A stretch of 64,000 nt of DNA from an uncultured Phycisphaerales bacterium (GTDB lineage: Bacteria; Planctomycetota; Phycisphaerae; Tepidisphaerales; Tepidisphaeraceae): contig CAVWVQ010000001.1 of the NCBI GenBank assembly GCA_963758525.1, positions 32,001-96,000 on the forward strand. Reading direction: 5' to 3'. Made by a program: the position numbers and the translations under genes. Under the pieces are notes generated by a model. That model saw nothing but the letters and a program-made list of their open reading frames with translations. It did no database searches and was not told where the DNA came from. This document shows positions 28,481-39,133 of the stretch, in pieces. How positions within the stretch are numbered: the first letter of the stretch is position 1; each line of letters opens with the position of its first letter.

Positions 28481-29992
28481 TTGGAAGCACTGTTACGGCT
28501 GAATGCCATCACGAAAAGCTTTGGCGGCGTGCGAGCGCTCAAGGGCGTTTCGTTTGAGCTTCGCCAGGGTGAAGTGCATGCGATCGTCGGCGAAAACGGA
28601 GCGGGCAAATCGACTCTCATCAAGATTATTACGGGGGCTCACCAGCGCGATTCGGGAACCATTGAAATACGCGGTCGGAAAATAGACGCGAATGATCCCA
28701 GCGCCGCCAGGGCGATGGGCGTTGCCGTGATCTATCAACAGCCGGCCCTCTTTCCCGATCTGACGGTGGCGGAAAATATCGCCCTGCGGCTGGAGCAGGG
28801 CGGGGCGTGGCGAGTGCTCAAATGGGGTGAGCGGCGCAGCCGGGCCAAGCAATTGCTGGAGCGGGTCGGCGCCGGAATTTCGGCTGATGCGCTGGTCCGG
28901 CACCTGACCATGCCGGAGCAGCAGTTGGTCGAGATCGCCAGCGCCCTGGGCGGCGACGCGAAGATTCTCATTCTCGATGAGCCGACGGCTTCCTTGAGCG
29001 ACCGCGAGGTGGATAATCTCTTCCGGGTCATTCGTGAGCTGCGGACGCAAGGCGTCGGGATGATTTACATTTCTCACCGGCTCGACGAATTGCCGAAGAT
29101 CGCCGACCGCGTCACGGTTTTGCGCGATGGAACCTACATTGATACGCGCGCGGTCGCGGAGGTGGATCGGGCTGAAATGATCCGGCTGATGGTCGGCCGA
29201 TCGCTCGATGCGGTCTTTCCGAAAGTCGAAGTGGCACCCGGTGCGGTCGTTCTCGAGACGATCCGGGTCGGCCGGCCCGAATCGGGGGTGCAGAATGTAA
29301 GCCTGACGGTTCGCGCGGGAGAGATCCTGGGTCTTGCCGGCCTCGTCGGGGCGGGGCGGACGGAATTGGCGCGGATTCTGTTCGGCCTGACTCCGGCGAC
29401 CGAGGGGGAGATTCTTCTCAGAGGTGAGCGGATCATTATCGACAGTCCGGCGTACGCAATCGAGCGTGGGATCGCTTATGTTCCCGAGGACCGCCGCCGT
29501 CATGGTGTCATTCTGGAGATGCCCGTCGATGCAAACACAACGCTCGCGATTCTCAGTCGGATAGCCCGATTCGGGTTGATAGACGTTGGCGAAGAAAGAA
29601 GCGTGGCGTCGGATTACGTGACGCGATTCGGAATCAAAACACCCTCGCTCGACGTGCCGGTGGGCAACCTGTCGGGCGGGAATCAGCAGAAGGTTTCGCT
29701 GGCGCGCTGGCTGGCGACGAAGCCGTCAGTGATCGTGCTGGACGAGCCGACGCAGGGAGTGGACGTTGGTGCGAAAGCGGAAATCCATCGTCTGATGGGA
29801 GAACTTGCCAGGCAGGGGCTCGCCATCATCATGATCTCCTCGGAACTTCCCGAAGTGCTCGGGATGAGTGACCGCATCGCCGTCATGCATGGCGGCAGGA
29901 TTGTGGGAGTCCTCGCGCGCGGTGAGGCAACTCAGGAAAAAGTGCTCGAACTGGCGCTGGGGCATGTGCCGGGAGAAGCGACCGCCGCATGA
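28481..29992 (+). CDS. Sugar ABC transporter ATP-binding protein (RbsA/RhaT-like)
   Basis: GENGAGKST, LDEPT twice, LSGGNQQK. Confidence 0.93.
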   Translation: MEALLRLNAITKSFGGVRALKGVSFELRQGEVHAIVGENGAGKSTLIKIITGAHQRDSGTIEIRGRKIDANDPSAARAMGVAVIYQQPALFPDLTVAENIALRLEQGGAWRVLKWGERRSRAKQLLERVGAGISADALVRHLTMPEQQLVEIASALGGDAKILILDEPTASLSDREVDNLFRVIRELRTQGVGMIYISHRLDELPKIADRVTVLRDGTYIDTRAVAEVDRAEMIRLMVGRSLDAVFPKVEVAPGAVVLETIRVGRPESGVQNVSLTVRAGEILGLAGLVGAGRTELARILFGLTPATEGEILLRGERIIIDSPAYAIERGIAYVPEDRRRHGVILEMPVDANTTLAILSRIARFGLIDVGEERSVASDYVTRFGIKTPSLDVPVGNLSGGNQQKVSLARWLATKPSVIVLDEPTQGVDVGAKAEIHRLMGELARQGLAIIMISSELPEVLGMSDRIAVMHGGRIVGVLARGEATQEKVLELALGHVPGEATAA

Positions 29993-30990
29993 GCAGCATC
30001 GCCCATTCAGCCATCGGAGCGCCGCCGCCCAAAGCGTTGTCGGCGCTGGCACGATATCTCCGCGAGATATCGGTCGGTCTGGCCTACGCGGTTCTGTTGG
30101 TGATCCTTGGAATCACGCAGCCGGGATTTTTCCACGCGAAACCGGGCGAGAATCAAAGCGAATTCTTTTCGATCTGCGTCAACATGGCGCCGATCCTCAT
30201 CGCCGCAATCGGAATGACGATCGTCATTGTCGCCCGGCACATTGATATCTCCATCGGGTCGCAACTGGCGGTCTGCTCGGTGCTGGCCGGACTCACGGCC
30301 AAAGCCGGCTATCCGATGCCGGTGGTCGCGCTTGTCAGTGTGATTGCGGGGGCCCTGATGGGCATGCTCAATGGGGCGCTGGTCGCGGGATCGGGCCTGC
30401 CGAGCATTGTCGTGACGCTCGCAACGATGGTGATCTTCCGCGAATCGTTGCGTTGGCTGCGCCAGGGCCAGTTCGTCAGCGATCTGCCAGACGGATTCCA
30501 GTGGTTCGGATTGTCGCAGACCGCCGGGCAGTTCCTGCTGCTGGGCGTCGCGGCTGCGGTTCTCCTGCTGTTCGGCTTTGCCCTGCGATGGACGGCCGCG
30601 GGACGCACCATCTATGCCGTCGGATCTGACCTTGAAGCAGCGCGCCTGGCGGGTATTCGGCCGCGCCGGGTGATCTTCCTGGTCTTCATGCTGATGGGCG
30701 GACTCGTCGGGCTTGCCGCACTCCTCAGCGCCGTGCGTTCTCCCGACGTCGATCCAAGCGTCGGCACCGGATGGGAGCTGACGGTGATTGCGGCGGTCGT
30801 GGTCGGCGGAGCCGCCATCTCCGGCGGCCGCGGAACCCTGGCGGGAACTTTGATCGGGGTGGCTCTCCTGGCGACCGTCGGCCCGGCGCTGGAATTTCTC
30901 GGCGTCCCGTCGCAATGGGAGAAGGCTGTCCGCGGGTTGATCATCCTCATCGCCGTCGCGTCCGACGGCATCTTCCGGAGGTCGGACTAA
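29989..30990 (+). CDS. Sugar ABC permease
   Basis: IDISIGS, LPSIVVTLA, GRTIYAVG, ELTVIAAVVVGG. Confidence 0.92.
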   Translation: MSSIAHSAIGAPPPKALSALARYLREISVGLAYAVLLVILGITQPGFFHAKPGENQSEFFSICVNMAPILIAAIGMTIVIVARHIDISIGSQLAVCSVLAGLTAKAGYPMPVVALVSVIAGALMGMLNGALVAGSGLPSIVVTLATMVIFRESLRWLRQGQFVSDLPDGFQWFGLSQTAGQFLLLGVAAAVLLLFGFALRWTAAGRTIYAVGSDLEAARLAGIRPRRVIFLVFMLMGGLVGLAALLSAVRSPDVDPSVGTGWELTVIAAVVVGGAAISGGRGTLAGTLIGVALLATVGPALEFLGVPSQWEKAVRGLIILIAVASDGIFRRSD

Positions 30991-30993
30991 CCC

Positions 30994-33123
30994 ATGTCGA
31001 TTTCCGCCCCAGCGCCATCGAGCCTCCCCGCGCCGCAACCCGCGCTGCGATCTGCGTCGCGGCCGCGCCTGCTCAAGCCGCAGCAATTGGTCCTCGCGCT
31101 GCTTCTCGCCGGCGAGGTTGTGGCCTTTGCGACCACCGGTAGCAACTTTCTCTCCTGGAACAATCTCTTTGAGATCACGCGCAACAGCGTCGAACTGGGG
31201 CTCCTCGCGCTGGCGATGACGCCGGTCATTATCACCGGCGGGATCGATCTTTCCGTCGGCTCATTGATGTCGCTCTCCGCGGTGCTGCTGGGCAAAATGT
31301 GGCACGATGCGGGAGTGCCGATCTGGCCGGCGGTTGGATTGACGCTGGTGTTCGCAACGTTCGCCGGCGGCCTCAATGCGATGCTGATCACACGACTGCG
31401 CATTCCACCATTGATCGTCACGCTCGGAACCTATTCGCTGTTCAGCGGATTAGCCGAGGGCGTGGCGCACGGCCGGGACAATCCGTCCAACTTTCCCGCG
31501 CCCTTCGTTTCCCTGGGCAACGGGTACATCGGTCCGGTTCCCGTGCAGGTGATTCTGCTGCTGCTCGGCATCGCCTTCTTCGGCGTCCTCGTGCATCGCG
31601 CCGCCATCGGCCGGGCAATTTCCGCGATCGGTTTCTCTCCCGAAGGAGCGCGGTATGCGGGAATCGCGGTTGAGCGAAAAGTCGCTCTCACCTATGTGCT
31701 GGCCGGCCTGTGCGCGGGGTTGGCGGCGATCGTTGCCGTCGCCCGCGTCAACACGGCAAAGGCCGACACCGGGGCGGGCTACGAGCTGTGGGCGATTACC
31801 GCCGTCGTGCTCGGCGGAACGTCGATCTTCGGCGGCCGCGGCAACGTTGTCGGGACCGTCATGGGGCTCTTTGCCATTGTCATTTTGCAGAACGGTCTGA
31901 GAATGGCGGACCGTCCCACCTGGCTGACGAGCCATCTGGGAGGTGAGCTGGCGGGAATCCTCACCGGCCTTCTGCTGCTGTTTTCCATTGGTCTGGATTG
32001 GCGTCCATCGGCGTCTGCCGCGGCAGGCGCATCGCAACCGAACGCCCAGGAGTTTCACATGAAGAATTCGCAAGTCGCGGTGCTGTCCATCGTCATTCTC
32101 GCAGCCGCCATGATCGTCAGCGGCGGCAACTTCCTGCTGGTTAAGCTCCTGTCGCAGAACAACTGCTCCATCGTTCCCGGCGGAGCGACAGCCGGCCCCG
32201 CGACTGCGGAGCCGGCGAGGCGCGTGAAAATCGCGATGATGCCCAAGAGCAAAGGCAACGCCTATTTCGTCGCAGCCCAGAAAGGCGCCCAAGACGCCGC
32301 CAACCAGCTTGGCGTGGATCTCATCTGGGATGGCCCGACCAACACCAACCCCGCCGAGCAGAGCCGGATCATCGATACGTGGATCAACCGCGGCGTTGAC
32401 GTGATTGCCGTCGCCTGCGAAGACGGCAAGAGTCTGGCGACTTCTCTCCGCAAAGCCCGCGCAAAGGGGATCAAGGTGCTTACGTTCGATTCCGACAGCG
32501 AACCAGATGCGCGCGATTTCTTCGTCAATCAGGCGACTCCCCAAGGCATCGGCTCAACGCTCATGGACAACGCCGCCAAGGCGATGGACAACAAGGGCGA
32601 GTTCGCGATCATCACCGCCTCGCTCAATTCGACAAACATGAACGAGTGGGTGAAGAACATCAAAAAACGACTGGCCGAGAAGTATCCCGACATCACCCTG
32701 GCCGACATTCGGCCCTGCGATGATCAGCAAGACAAGGCATTCGACGAAGCCAACACGCTGCTCAATTCGCGAAAAAATCTGAAGCTGATCATGGCCATCT
32801 GCTCGCCGGCGGTTCCCGGCGCTGCCGAGGCGGTGAAGCAGTCCGGACGCAAAGACGTGAAGGTGATGGGGCTTGGGCTTCCCAACGATAACAAGCGTTA
32901 CGTTCACGAGGGAGTGACCGACGACATCGTGCTGTGGAACACCGTCGACCTGGGATACCTGACGGTGCTGGCCGGCGATGATCTCGCAACCGGCAAGCTC
33001 AAGCCCGGCGACGTGTCGATGGACGGAGGCCGCCTGGGCAAGATAGAAATTCAGGGGAGCGACATCCTGCTCGGCAAACCGTTCACGTTTAATAAGGAAA
33101 ATATTGATCAGTTCGATTTCTGA
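30994..33123 (+). CDS. Fused sugar ABC permease + periplasmic binding protein (rhamnose/AI-2 type)
   Basis: GGIDLSVGS and ELWAITAVVLGG permease, then PKSKGNAYF...WDGP...LTFDSD...LWN binding domain in one ORF. Confidence 0.88.
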   Translation: MSISAPAPSSLPAPQPALRSASRPRLLKPQQLVLALLLAGEVVAFATTGSNFLSWNNLFEITRNSVELGLLALAMTPVIITGGIDLSVGSLMSLSAVLLGKMWHDAGVPIWPAVGLTLVFATFAGGLNAMLITRLRIPPLIVTLGTYSLFSGLAEGVAHGRDNPSNFPAPFVSLGNGYIGPVPVQVILLLLGIAFFGVLVHRAAIGRAISAIGFSPEGARYAGIAVERKVALTYVLAGLCAGLAAIVAVARVNTAKADTGAGYELWAITAVVLGGTSIFGGRGNVVGTVMGLFAIVILQNGLRMADRPTWLTSHLGGELAGILTGLLLLFSIGLDWRPSASAAAGASQPNAQEFHMKNSQVAVLSIVILAAAMIVSGGNFLLVKLLSQNNCSIVPGGATAGPATAEPARRVKIAMMPKSKGNAYFVAAQKGAQDAANQLGVDLIWDGPTNTNPAEQSRIIDTWINRGVDVIAVACEDGKSLATSLRKARAKGIKVLTFDSDSEPDARDFFVNQATPQGIGSTLMDNAAKAMDNKGEFAIITASLNSTNMNEWVKNIKKRLAEKYPDITLADIRPCDDQQDKAFDEANTLLNSRKNLKLIMAICSPAVPGAAEAVKQSGRKDVKVMGLGLPNDNKRYVHEGVTDDIVLWNTVDLGYLTVLAGDDLATGKLKPGDVSMDGGRLGKIEIQGSDILLGKPFTFNKENIDQFDF

Positions 33124-33249
33124 TCTCTTTTGTCCGAGGCTGGCGGTTGGCAAAGAAGTCGCTGAGAAACGCACACCGGACGTTCCCAACTTTCATAAAT
33201 GCCAACGGCCTGCTTCGATAACTGCCGGCGCGATATAGAATGCGATGAC

Positions 33250-34086
33250 ATGGTCGTCGCGCCGCACCATCGACACTCTGATCATCCGCCGATCTCGGTT
33301 GGGAGCGTCAGTTTTCTCAACGCCAAGCCGTTGATTTACGGGCTGGAGTCCGATCCTGACATCGCACTATCGCTCGCAGTTCCGTCTCGCCTGCTGGACG
33401 GACTCATGAGCGGTGCGATGGATGTCGCGCTGTTGCCGGTAATCGACTACCAACGAATGGATGGCCTGCGCGTGTTGACCAGCGGAGGGATTGGGTGCGA
33501 GGGGCCGACGCTGACCGTTCGACTTTTCAGTCCGATGCCGCTGGAGCGCGCGGAAGTGGTCGCGTGCGATGCTGACAGCCACACCTCCGTCGCGCTGGCG
33601 CGGGTAATCTTCGCCGAGCGATATCACACCAGACCGAGGTTCATCGACCTGGGCCCTGGCGTGGATCTGCCGCCTGGCGCCGCCCGCCTGCTCATCGGGG
33701 ACAAAGTCGTCTGCGACGAGCCGAAGGAACTGCCCTATCAACTCGACCTCGGGGACGCCTGGAAGCAGTTAACGGGCGAGCCGTTCGTCTTCGCCTGCTG
33801 GATGGCTCGGCCTGGTGTAAATCTGGGGGATTTACCTGATCGGCTGATTCGGGCCAAGCAGCGCGGCCTCAAACACGTCGAATCCATCATTGCAGAGCAC
33901 GCTGTCCCGCGCGGTTGGCCTGCCAGCACGGCACGCCGTTACCTTCTGCAGCACCTCAAGTTCGATATCGGGGGGAGGGAGTTGGCGGCAATCAGCAGCT
34001 TCCACCAATTGGCTTTCAAGCACGGTGCGCTGGAGCAGGAACCCCACCCGTTGCATATCATAGGGGCTTCGACGCCTGCAACTTGA
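33250..34086 (+). CDS. mqnA: Chorismate dehydratase (futalosine pathway)
   Basis: VSFLNAKPLIYGL, SHTSVAL, LLIGDK, DLGDAWKQLTGEPFVFACW. Confidence 0.88.
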   Translation: MVVAPHHRHSDHPPISVGSVSFLNAKPLIYGLESDPDIALSLAVPSRLLDGLMSGAMDVALLPVIDYQRMDGLRVLTSGGIGCEGPTLTVRLFSPMPLERAEVVACDADSHTSVALARVIFAERYHTRPRFIDLGPGVDLPPGAARLLIGDKVVCDEPKELPYQLDLGDAWKQLTGEPFVFACWMARPGVNLGDLPDRLIRAKQRGLKHVESIIAEHAVPRGWPASTARRYLLQHLKFDIGGRELAAISSFHQLAFKHGALEQEPHPLHIIGASTPAT

Positions 34087-34249
34087 CCCAAGCGTTCGAG
34101 TAACTACTGATAATTGCCTAAAGAACCGATCCAAACAGGAGGCGTATTTCCGCACGTTGCGGAACGGATCGGTCGCCGTTCGGCGGCATTCCCCTGGAGG
34201 CCTGGCGTGAAGTCCGAGCCATCGCAATGGCGGTCTGTCAGTCTTGTCC

Positions 34250-34357
34250 GTGCAATAAAGCCCGGGCAAGACGATCTCGCTGCGCACGATATTCGACTGG
34301 CGATGTGGTCCGAGACTCTGAGTGCAATAAAGCCCGGGCAAGACGATCTCGCCGCGC
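34250..34357. CRISPR. Orphan CRISPR-like unit: two 36-bp repeats and one 36-bp spacer
   Basis: gtgcaataaagcccgggcaagacgatctcgc(t/c)gcgc at 34250-34285 and 34322-34357; no cas genes in the window. Confidence 0.4.
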
Positions 34358-34456
34358 CGTCAACCTCCCCGTCTTCCGCACGTTTCCCGCGCATACCCGC
34401 CGAGCAAGCGCAGGGCGCGACATACCGGGCAGCGCGGCTGTGTAAATGACCTCAAC

Positions 34457-34526
34457 GTAGGGCGGGATTCATCCCGCCGCGCCTTCCGCAAGACGGCAGA
34501 CCATGGCGGGATAAATCCCGCCCTAC
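34457..34526. repeat. GTAG-type REP doublet (also 49644-49711)
   Basis: gtagggcgggatt(c/t)atcccgcc ... ggcgggataaatcccgccctac. Confidence 0.8.
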
Positions 34527-34543
34527 ACCAGACAGACCCGCAA

Positions 34544-37500
34544 ATGCCGGTGGAATGTACTGCTATCCCTCCCCCGGATTACCAGGGGAAGGGACAACGC
34601 TTTGCGCGAAGGGGAGTAGCCGCCCGATTTGCCCCCGGACTATCCGTCCACCTCGCGTTCGGTCTGTTCCTGATCCTGTCATTTCCACCGGCGCTTGTGC
34701 TGGCAGATCGCCCCGTTTCCGTCGACACGCCTGTCGCGGCTCCGCAGGCAGTCGACCCTGCCGCCAAGAAACTCGTGGCAGCCGACGGGCTATTGCAGCG
34801 GAATCTCTTCAAGCTCGCGGCTGACGAGTACGAGCAATTTCTCCACGATTATCCGCAGGACGCGCAAATCACCGCCGGCCGCTACGGCCTGGCGATCTGC
34901 CGATATCGGCTCAGCCAGTTTGATCTGGCGGCGCCGCTGCTGCGGCAGGTTCTTTCCGATCAGCAGTTCGGCCAGACCGACCAGGTGCTGGCATTGCTCG
35001 GATATTGCGAAATGTCCGGCAGGGATTACGACGATGCGATCCAGCACTTCGATCAGCTCATCGCTAAATACCCGCAGAGCCCCCAGACCGATCCTGCCCG
35101 GCTTTATCGCGCCAATCGCTCTATCTGTCAGGCAAACCCAAAGAGTCGGCTGACGCATGCCAGGAATTTCTGCAAACGCATTCCAAGGGCGCCGACGCCG
35201 CCACGGCGATCTATTTTCTCGCCCTCTCGAATAAATCGCTCGGCCAGAACGATCAGGCTCTCTCACAACTCGATCGGTTGACGCGCGACTTTCCCGATTC
35301 GCCATACCGATTCGATGCCATGCTCCTCAGCGGCCAGGTCATGGAAGCACAAGGCAAGACCGAGCCGGCCCTCGACCGCTATCGTAGCCTTTTGGCGATC
35401 GCGCCGGCGGCGCGCAAAGCCAACGCGCATTACACGCTGGGCCTGGCGCTCTTCAAAGCGCAAAAGCTGGAAGAATCGGCGAAGGAGCTTTCCGCTGCCG
35501 CCAACGACCCGACCAACACCACCTACGCGACCTCTGCCAAGCTGCAATTGGGCCTGGTCGATCTTGCCCTGGGGCGCGTGCCTGACGCTCGCGACATCTT
35601 TACGACACTGGTCGCCGATCCATCGCACGCCACGGAGGCCAAATATGGAATCGCCCAATGCGATCTGGCCGAGAAGAAATTCACCTCCGCCGAGGCCGGT
35701 CTCCAGGAATTGCTGGACCAGCAGCCTGCGCCGCCCAATCGACCGCAAATCGCGCTCTATCACGCCATTTGCCTGATGGAGCTGACGAAATACGCCGAGG
35801 CGTCCAAAGAGCTCGATGCGCTGGCGGATGCATCACCCGCCGGTCCGATCGCCGCCGAGGCGTTGTATCGCTCCGCATATTCGCTCCACAAGCTCGGCAA
35901 CTACGACGCCAGCCACGACCGATGCCAGCGGGTTCTCAAGTTGCCGCCGTCGGCGATGACCGCTCCCTCAGCCGAGCTCGACGCGGAAAATCAGTTTCTG
36001 CTCGGCAGCTACGCCGATGCGCACCACGCGTTCGACGCGCTCATTCCGCAAACGAGGGACGAACAGCGGCAATTGCTCTTCCGCCTCCGAAGCGCGCAAT
36101 GCGACTATTACGCCGGCAAGTTTGCCGCGGCAGTCGAAGAACTCGCGCCGCTGGCTGATGATCCGCGCGTCGCGCAGTCGCCCGATTTGCAGCAGGCGAT
36201 CTTTCTGCTCGGAGACGCTCAGTTGCAGCTCGGCAAAAATGCCGAGGCCGAAGCTGCTCTCAAAAAATTCGCGACGCTGGGAGCGGGTGACACGCGGGAG
36301 GCGCAATACAAGCTGTCAGTGGCCGAGTTGCGTGACGGACACACCGCCGCGGCGACTGCACTTCTCGAGACGCTGGCAAACGGTCCCGCCGACTCCCCGT
36401 GGGTTCAGCGCAGCCTGCTGGCGCTCGGGCAGATTCGCTGCAAAGCCGGGCAGTCCGAGACGGCCTCTGAGGTGTTGAACAAACTGCTCGACGCGAAGCC
36501 TCCGGCCGACCTGGCGGCCTCCGCTGAATATCTGCTCGCCTGGATCGACTTCGATGCCAGGCGATTCGCACAAGCCGCCGACAGGTGGAGCGCGGTGCAC
36601 GAAAAGTCACCCGATCCTGCGCTGGCATCTGATGCCGCATTCCAGCGCGCCATCGCGTTGCAGCAGGCGAATCAGAACGACGATGCCGCTGCCGCGTTCA
36701 TCGCGTTTGCTGATGCCTATCCGAAATCGCCCGACGCGACGCGCGCGCGCCAATCCGCCGCGGCGATTTTGTCCGCGAAAGGAAAGAACCGGGAAGCGCT
36801 GCGCATCCTCGCCGGGCTTGGCAAGGAACCTTCCGCATCCGACAGTGTTCTCTACGACCTCGCCTGGGCGCAGCGCAAGGCATCGGACGTGCCCGCTGCT
36901 GAAGAAACGTATCGCCGGATTGTGTCGCAATATCCGGAGGGCGCGATCGCGCCGCTGGCGCGCACGGAAATCGCGGAGTTGCTCTACAACGATAAGAATT
37001 ACACGCAGGCGGCCGCCATGCTCTGGCCGGTGGTGGACGGCCGAAAAGGTGACCCCAAGGTGCTTGCCGCCGCCGGGTATCGGCTGGGCTGGTGCTATCA
37101 GAAGCTGGGCGATTTCGATAAAGCCGCCACTTGCTTCCGCGATTTTGCGGCGAGCTTCCCCCAGGATGAGATGGCGCCGTCAGCGATGCTGCAATCGGCG
37201 ATGGCTGACGCCGACGCCGGCCGGGACGATCAGGCGCAGGCAGAACTCGTCGCCATGCTGAAAGCGTATCCGCATCATAAAGATGCCCCGGTAGCGATTC
37301 TGAAGCTCGCCGACGTGCAGGCGGCGCAGGGCGACTTTGCCGCGTCATTGCAGACGGCGCAGGCTTTTCTGACGAAGTATCCCGGCCATGCGCTCTCGTA
37401 TCGAGCGCAGTTTTGCGCCGGCTGGGCGCTGGAAAATCAAAAGAAATACGCGCCGGCCAGGGCCGCATACCAATTGGTCATTGCCGCGAGCAATGGGGAA

Positions 37501-37770
37501 ACCGCCGCCCGCGCCCAGTTTCAAACCGGCGAGACGTTTCTGGCCGAGCAGAAATTCGAACAGGCGATCCCCGCGTTTCTCGCCGTCGAGGATGTCTATG
37601 CCTATCCGAAGTGGTCCGCGAGGGCATTATTCGAGGCCGGCCGGACATTCGAGCAACTCAAGCAACCCGATCAGGCGAGGTCGCAATACAGCCAGGTGGT
37701 CACCAAGTATAAAAGCGCGCCGGAAGCGGAGCTTGCCGCGGGGCGGCTCAAGTCGATCAGCGGCTCATAG
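34544..37770 (+). CDS. Large secreted TPR protein (frameshift near 35110)
   Basis: ORFs 34544-35281 and 35278-37770 both consist of TPR repeats. Confidence 0.8.
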
Positions 37771-37794
37771 CCGGCGCTTTCGTATTGAAATCAA

Positions 37795-38583
37795 ATGGGA
37801 AGGATGAACGTGAGACGGCAATCAATCTTCGCAGGATGCGCGGCAATCTTGTCAGCCTCGACGGCCTTCGCCCAAGAGGTCGGGGCGCAAGCCGCTACCG
37901 CTACGACCCAGCCCGCGACCAACACGAGCATGCCCCTGATCGAGCTGTTTATCAAAGGCGGGATCTTCATGTACCCGCTGGCGGCATGCAGCATCATCGC
38001 GGTGGCGATTATCTTCGAACGCATGCTCTCCCTTCGCCGCAGCCAGGTGATTCCCAAAAATTTCATGAAGGGCCTGCGCGGCGTGACGCGCGATCTGCGC
38101 GAAGACCGCCAGCGCGCGCTCGATTATTGCCGGCAGAAGGATTCGCCGATCGCGCGGATGATCGCCGCCGGGATCAAGCGCATCCCCCGCGGCTTCGCCG
38201 CCGCCGAGAAAGCGATCGAAGATGCCGGCGCCAATGAAGCGCTGAAGCTTCGTCGCAACATGCGATTTCTCTACGCCATCGGCAGCGTCGCCACGCTGCT
38301 GGGTCTGATCGGCACCATTTACGGCATGATCAAAGCATTTCAGGCTGCCGCCGCGGCCGGCGTCGGACGCATCAACGAACTCTCAACCGGGATTTACCTG
38401 GCGATGGTCAACACTTTCTCCGGCCTGGCTGTCGCGATCGTGGTGACGATCTTCTACTACTTCTTCGTGGGACGCATCGAACGTCTCATTTCAGAGCTCA
38501 ACGACGAGTTGACCGATTTCTCCGATCAGTTCGGCTTCAACGCCGAATCCGACCGGCAGTTGCGGACGACGTCCACGTTGTGA
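37795..38583 (+). CDS. MotA/TolQ/ExbB proton channel protein
   Basis: KGGIFMYPL, LLGLIGTIYGMIKAF, GIYLAMVNT..GLAVAI. Confidence 0.9.
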   Translation: MGRMNVRRQSIFAGCAAILSASTAFAQEVGAQAATATTQPATNTSMPLIELFIKGGIFMYPLAACSIIAVAIIFERMLSLRRSQVIPKNFMKGLRGVTRDLREDRQRALDYCRQKDSPIARMIAAGIKRIPRGFAAAEKAIEDAGANEALKLRRNMRFLYAIGSVATLLGLIGTIYGMIKAFQAAAAAGVGRINELSTGIYLAMVNTFSGLAVAIVVTIFYYFFVGRIERLISELNDELTDFSDQFGFNAESDRQLRTTSTL

Positions 38584-38606
38584 CGTGAGATCGTTTAGTG
38601 AACTGG

Positions 38607-38663
38607 GAAATCTGAGATTGAAATTTGAACTGTGAAATCTGAGATTTGAAATTTGAAATCTCA
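38607..38663. repeat. AT-rich short tandem motif (gaaatctgagatt/tgaaatt)
   Basis: Visible repeats between exbB and exbD. Confidence 0.55.
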
Positions 38664-38681
38664 AAACAGCGAGTGTTCCCC

Positions 38682-39110
38682 ATGAGGATTCGAGATCCAC
38701 TGCACGAGGCCGAAGAACCCTACAACCTGGTTCCATTGACGGACATGGTCTTCAACCTGCTGATTTTTTTCATGGCCGCCACAACGTTTACCCAGGTCGA
38801 AAAGGAGCTCGGCATCGAGCTGCCGCACGTGTCGACGCTGACGCCGCTCTCGGCACCGCCGAAGCAGTTGATCATCAACATCAAGCAGGACGGAACGACG
38901 GTCGTGGCGGGAAGAACGTACTCGCCGATGGAACTGATCCCGCTGGTGCAGGCGCTGATGCGAAAAGATCCCGAGGGCGCCGTAATCATTCGAACTGATG
39001 AGCGAACGGTCATGCGTCACTTTGCGGACGTGACGCGCATCTGCAAGCAGCAGGGCGTGCAGGAAGCGAAGATCGTGTATCTCGAGGATCAGCCCAAAGC
39101 GCAGCAATGA
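38682..39110 (+). CDS. ExbD/TolR biopolymer transporter
   Basis: NLVPLTDMVFNLLIFFM, VIIRTD. Confidence 0.9.
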   Translation: MRIRDPLHEAEEPYNLVPLTDMVFNLLIFFMAATTFTQVEKELGIELPHVSTLTPLSAPPKQLIINIKQDGTTVVAGRTYSPMELIPLVQALMRKDPEGAVIIRTDERTVMRHFADVTRICKQQGVQEAKIVYLEDQPKAQQ

Positions 39111-39133
39111 TTGCGAAAGGTTGAAGCTGAATC

